A model generated the notes under the pieces. It saw only the letters and a list, made by a program, of their open reading frames with translations, was not told the origin of the DNA and made no database searches. A DNA stretch of 63,446 nt, counting the filler. It is 5 parts of 5 records of this genome, joined end to end, with 100 filler letters (N's around TTAATTAATTAA, not from the genome) between each part and the next. Parts side by side here need not be neighbours in the genome. Positions count along the whole stretch, not along the records: positions 56,924 to 63,446 come from SRR31156797_5760; 4 more parts are not named here. One strand, 5' to 3'. The translations under genes and the position numbers were made by a program. Every line of letters begins with the position of its first letter. Positions within the stretch are counted from its first letter, which is position 1. Positions 59,543 through 63,446 of this stretch are shown here, piece after piece.

Positions 59543-61819
59543 ATGGGATTAAACGCTATAAAAAATATCAGTATCCACATTAAAGGATTGGTGCAGGGAG
59601 TTGGTTTTCGGCCGTTTGTGTACCGGACTGCCGTTAAATATCAAATTTCAGGATGGGTGAAAAACCAACAGGATGGAGTGCTGGTAGAAGCTACTGGTAT
59701 TGAGCACAAGCTGCTATCTTTTATTACCGAATTACAAAACAATTTTCCGGTAGCCGCGCAAATTCAAGAGTTTATTGTGTCCGATACAGTAAATTTTCAT
59801 AAGAATGACTTTCTGATTGTTTTAAGTGATGATACAAGTTCAGAGAAGGAACTTACTCAGATTGGCCCTGATATTGCAGTCTGCGGAGATTGTTTGAAAG
59901 ACATGAAAAAACAGCCGCATAGGCTGAATTACCCGTTTATTAACTGTACAAATTGTGGCCCACGTTTTTCCATAATCCGCAATTTACCTTACGACAGGAA
60001 GAAAACAACGATGGATGTTTTTAAAATGTGCCCGGTATGTAAAAGGGAGTACCAAAATCCAGCCGATCGTCGTTTTCATGCACAACCGGTGGCCTGCTTG
60101 AACTGTGGTCCACACTACAAATTCTTTTCATACGAAAAAGAAACGGATATCCTGTATGAAGTTCTCAGTTTAACGGCTAAACTGATAGATAATGGAGGAA
60201 TTGTGGCAATAAAAGGAATTGGGGGATTTTTTATCGCCTGTGATGCAACCAATAATAAAGTGATTAATCGTTTACGAAAGCTTAAAAACCGGGAGGGAAA
60301 GCCTTTTGCTGTGATGTTTTCTGATGTTGAAAGCGTTGAGCGATTTTGTTTCTTGAATAAAGATGAAAGGAAAACGCTAACATCCTGGCAACGTCCTATT
60401 GTAATTTTAAAATCCAAAAAACTCTTGCCCGAGAGTGTAAGTAATGGCATTTCTACGGTTGGTGCAATGTTGCCTTATATGCCATTTCATTATTTACTTT
60501 TTGAGAAAGTAAAAACTGATGTACTTGTCTTTACAAGTGGTAATTTTTCTGATGAACCTATTGTAATTTCCAATGAAAAAGCCCGGACCAGATTATCTGA
60601 TATTTGTGATGCCGTGGTTACCTATAACCGCGAAATATACAACCGTACAGATGATTCGCTAATACAGGTAATAAACAATAAGCAACGATTAATGCGACGT
60701 TCGCGGGGATTTGCACCCAATCCCATTTATTTGAAATGGAATGTAGATGGTATTCTGGCTTGCGGAGCAGAATTAAAAAATACCTTTTGTTTGGGTAAAG
60801 GAAACCAAGCCATTTTAAGCCAGCACATTGGTGATTTGAAGGATTTTGACACCTATTCATTTTATGAAAAAAATATTCGGCAGTTTCAGCTAATGTTTCA
60901 AAGAAATCCGACTTTGATTGTTAGTGATTGGCATCCTGAATACCTATCATCAATATATGCAAAAGGGATTGACATAGAGTTGCATAAGGTTCAGCATCAT
61001 CATGCACATATTGCCTCTGCTATGGCAGAAAATAATTTGGATGAAAAGGTAATCGGGGTGAGTTTTGATGGTACCGGTCTGGGCGATGATGGTAATATTT
61101 GGGGCTCGGAATTTTTGGTATGCGACCTGATTGAATATAAAAGAAAACTTCACTTTGAATATATCCCGCTGCCGGGAGGAGATTTAGCAACAAACCGACC
61201 CTGGCGGATTGCCTTATCGTGGTTATACAAGGTTTTTGGCAAAGAATTTATGAAAATGGATTTGCCATTTTTAAAAAACATTTCCACGGAGCGAATAGAG
61301 TGGCTTCTAAAATCAGTCGATAATAAAATTAATTGTCCGCTATCATGTGGGTCTGGTCGTTTGTTTGATGCGGTATCTGCTATGCTGGGAATTTGTTCTG
61401 TGTCGTCATATGAAGCTGAAGCACCCATGCGACTTGAAAGTATTGTGGCCGAAAACGAAGCTGGTATCTATTCATACAAATTGGCGCAAACTGCACAGTT
61501 TTCTAAAATGTTTCGGGAAATTGTAAAGGATATCGTGAATAAGGTTTCGGCAGAAGTTATTTCAGCTAGATTTCATAATACTGTTTCTGAGGTAATTGTG
61601 GAAGGAATCAAAAGAATTAGCAGAGAAACAGGACTGAAAAAGGTTGTACTCTCAGGTGGAACTTTTCAGAACAAATACCTCACAGAAAGAACAGAAAACC
61701 ATCTAAATGATTTGGGGTTGGAAGTTTTTGGAAATTACTCTATTCCGTGCAACGATGGTGGAATTGCATTGGGACAACTGGTTATAGCTGCCAAAAAAAG
61801 AAGTTTGAAGTTGCTATAG
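59543..61819 (+). CDS. hypF: Carbamoyltransferase HypF
   Basis: GLVQGVGFRPF, Zn fingers CTNCGPR, KGIGG, QHHHAH, PCNDGGIALGQ; start reset to MGLNAI. Confidence 0.97.
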   Translation: MGLNAIKNISIHIKGLVQGVGFRPFVYRTAVKYQISGWVKNQQDGVLVEATGIEHKLLSFITELQNNFPVAAQIQEFIVSDTVNFHKNDFLIVLSDDTSSEKELTQIGPDIAVCGDCLKDMKKQPHRLNYPFINCTNCGPRFSIIRNLPYDRKKTTMDVFKMCPVCKREYQNPADRRFHAQPVACLNCGPHYKFFSYEKETDILYEVLSLTAKLIDNGGIVAIKGIGGFFIACDATNNKVINRLRKLKNREGKPFAVMFSDVESVERFCFLNKDERKTLTSWQRPIVILKSKKLLPESVSNGISTVGAMLPYMPFHYLLFEKVKTDVLVFTSGNFSDEPIVISNEKARTRLSDICDAVVTYNREIYNRTDDSLIQVINNKQRLMRRSRGFAPNPIYLKWNVDGILACGAELKNTFCLGKGNQAILSQHIGDLKDFDTYSFYEKNIRQFQLMFQRNPTLIVSDWHPEYLSSIYAKGIDIELHKVQHHHAHIASAMAENNLDEKVIGVSFDGTGLGDDGNIWGSEFLVCDLIEYKRKLHFEYIPLPGGDLATNRPWRIALSWLYKVFGKEFMKMDLPFLKNISTERIEWLLKSVDNKINCPLSCGSGRLFDAVSAMLGICSVSSYEAEAPMRLESIVAENEAGIYSYKLAQTAQFSKMFREIVKDIVNKVSAEVISARFHNTVSEVIVEGIKRISRETGLKKVVLSGGTFQNKYLTERTENHLNDLGLEVFGNYSIPCNDGGIALGQLVIAAKKRSLKLL

Positions 61820-61876
61820 AACTGTAACTTCATAGGGATTTAAAAGCATTAGTAATGATCAAATAATTTAAGTAAA

Positions 61877-62101
61877 ATGTGTTTAAGCATTCCGGCAAAA
61901 ATACTATCAATCGAAGGCGATAAGGCCCGGGTTTCGTTGGGAGGAGCAGAATATAATGCCGCTCTTAACCTTGTTGATGATGTGAAAGTGGGCGATTATA
62001 TTTTGCTGCATTCCGGTTTCGCCATCCAGAAAATTGATGAGAAAGAAGCGCTTGAAACAATGCGGCTGTTGAACGAGGTGATTCAAAAAGAAAAAGAATG
62101 A
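61877..62101 (+). CDS. hypC: Hydrogenase chaperone HypC
   Basis: MCLSIPAK, GDYILLHSGFAI. Confidence 0.97.
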   Translation: MCLSIPAKILSIEGDKARVSLGGAEYNAALNLVDDVKVGDYILLHSGFAIQKIDEKEALETMRLLNEVIQKEKE

Positions 62102-63174
62102 AGCACATTGATGAATACCGTGATAAGAAACTGGTTGATCAACTTTTGAAACAGATTTGGGATACCAGCAAAATGCCTATTCGGCTTATGGAAGTATGTG
62201 GCGGACATACGGTAGCCATTCGAAAATTTGGAATACCTGCCTTGCTGCCATCAACAATTGAGTTAATAAGCGGGCCGGGTTGCCCGGTTTGTGTAACGGG
62301 AAAACATTACATTGATACGGCCATAAAATTAGCGAATGAACCGGATGTAATTGTAACAACATATGGTGATTTGATGCGCGTACCGGGATCGTACTCTACA
62401 CTTGAAAAAGAAAGGGCAAATGGTGCTGATATCCGAATGATCTATTCGCCACTTGATGTCCTGGAGGTTGCCCACCAACTCCCGAATAAGAAAGTGATTT
62501 TTCTGGGAATAGGTTTCGAAACCACTTCACCAGCCAGCGCAGTTACCATACAGGAAGCGGAAAAAAAGAATATCAATAATTTCTTTTTACTAAGTGCCCA
62601 TAAAATTATGCCTCCGGCTATGGAAGCACTGATCAGTGAAGAAGTTCAGCTAAACGGTTATATCTGCCCGGGACATGTGAGTACCATTACCGGTTCTCAT
62701 ATCTACAATCCAATTGCAGAAAAATTTGGATTGGGTTGTATAATTACTGGTTTTGAACCAGTTGATCTGTTGCAGGGAATACTGATGTTGGTAAAACAAT
62801 TCGAATCGCAACAACCAAAAGTTGAAATACAATATAAACGAGCTGTAAAACCGGAAGGAAATAAAAAAGCTTTGCTGATTTTAAATGAAGTGTTTGAGCT
62901 AAAAGATGATTGGTGGCGAGGGCTGGGAATTGTGCCCAAAAGTGGATTAAAGTTGAAAAGGAAGTACGAAAAACTGGATGCCGAAAAGTATTTTGATCTA
63001 AAAGTTCCGGAAGTAAAAGAAGAAAAAGGATGCATTTGCGGAGCCATTTTAAAAGGAATAAAAAAACCAACCGATTGTAGGTTGTTCGGAAGAATCTGCA
63101 TACCTGAAAATCCGGTAGGGGCTTGTATGGTTTCTTCTGAAGGGGCCTGCCAGGCTTATTATCGATTTCAATAA
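62098..63174 (+). CDS. hypD: Hydrogenase maturation protein HypD
   Basis: MEVCGGH, GPGCPVC, GFETT, PGHVS, CMVSSEGAC. Confidence 0.98.
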   Translation: MKHIDEYRDKKLVDQLLKQIWDTSKMPIRLMEVCGGHTVAIRKFGIPALLPSTIELISGPGCPVCVTGKHYIDTAIKLANEPDVIVTTYGDLMRVPGSYSTLEKERANGADIRMIYSPLDVLEVAHQLPNKKVIFLGIGFETTSPASAVTIQEAEKKNINNFFLLSAHKIMPPAMEALISEEVQLNGYICPGHVSTITGSHIYNPIAEKFGLGCIITGFEPVDLLQGILMLVKQFESQQPKVEIQYKRAVKPEGNKKALLILNEVFELKDDWWRGLGIVPKSGLKLKRKYEKLDAEKYFDLKVPEVKEEKGCICGAILKGIKKPTDCRLFGRICIPENPVGACMVSSEGACQAYYRFQ

Positions 63175-63181
63175 TGGGAGA

Positions 63182-63446
63182 ATGTATAGCGAAAAAGATA
63201 AAATATTATTGAGCCACGGAAGCGGTGGAAAACGCAGTAATGAATTGATCCATAAACTGTTTTTCAGGTATTTTAATAACGATATTTTGAATGCTGGCGG
63301 TGATTCAGCTCTTCTTAATGCGAATCTTGGGAACCTTGCTTTTACCACAGATTCGTTTGTGGTTGATCCGCTATTTTTTCCGGGTGGTGATATTGGGAAA
63401 CTGGCCGTTTGTGGAACCGTAAACGATTTGGCCGTTTCGGGTGCCA
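63182..63446 (+). CDS. hypE: Hydrogenase maturation protein HypE, 5' fragment (absent from the ORF track)
   Basis: Manual translation: MYSEKDKILLSHGSGG...FTTDSFVVDPLFFPGGDIGKLAVCGTVNDLAVSGA. Confidence 0.95.
   Translation, partial: MYSEKDKILLSHGSGGKRSNELIHKLFFRYFNNDILNAGGDSALLNANLGNLAFTTDSFVVDPLFFPGGDIGKLAVCGTVNDLAVSGA

Overview
This window is not one locus. It is five unrelated contigs joined by identical 100-bp artificial linkers (44 N + TTAATTAATTAA + 44 N). (1) 1-25383 is a Vibrio-type chromosome: the housekeeping block dnaE-accA-tilS...rnhA-dnaQ-fadE-gmhA, then an auxiliary T6SS module (vgrG, DUF4123 adaptor, 825-aa LysM effector, convergent FGE-fold lipoprotein as likely immunity), with copies of one MITE-like repeat at both contig ends. 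(2) 25484-36976 is a Bacteroidota contig: RND efflux, arcA, an MNT-HEPN pair with a doubly damaged toxin, rlmN/rlmH, a class II cAMP phosphodiesterase and a divergent membrane pyrophosphatase. (3) 37077-46509 is probably Desulfobacterota: an autoregulated GntR operon with a peptide-type ABC importer and an amidohydrolase, plus tilS. (4) 46610-56823 is Desulfobacteraceae-like: uvrA, pdxA, a divergent DnaA paralog with an altered DNA-recognition motif, glcD-like, hflX, dnaB. (5) 56924-63446 is Bacteroidota-like: an HdrA whose N-terminal Fe-S cysteines are all lost, three FNR-like boxes phased 22 bp apart, a Crp/Fnr gene and hypFCDE. The best leads are the T6SS effector-immunity module, the DnaA paralog and the Hdr/hydrogenase locus. 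Taxonomy and family calls come from visual recognition of motifs and synteny; no searches were run.
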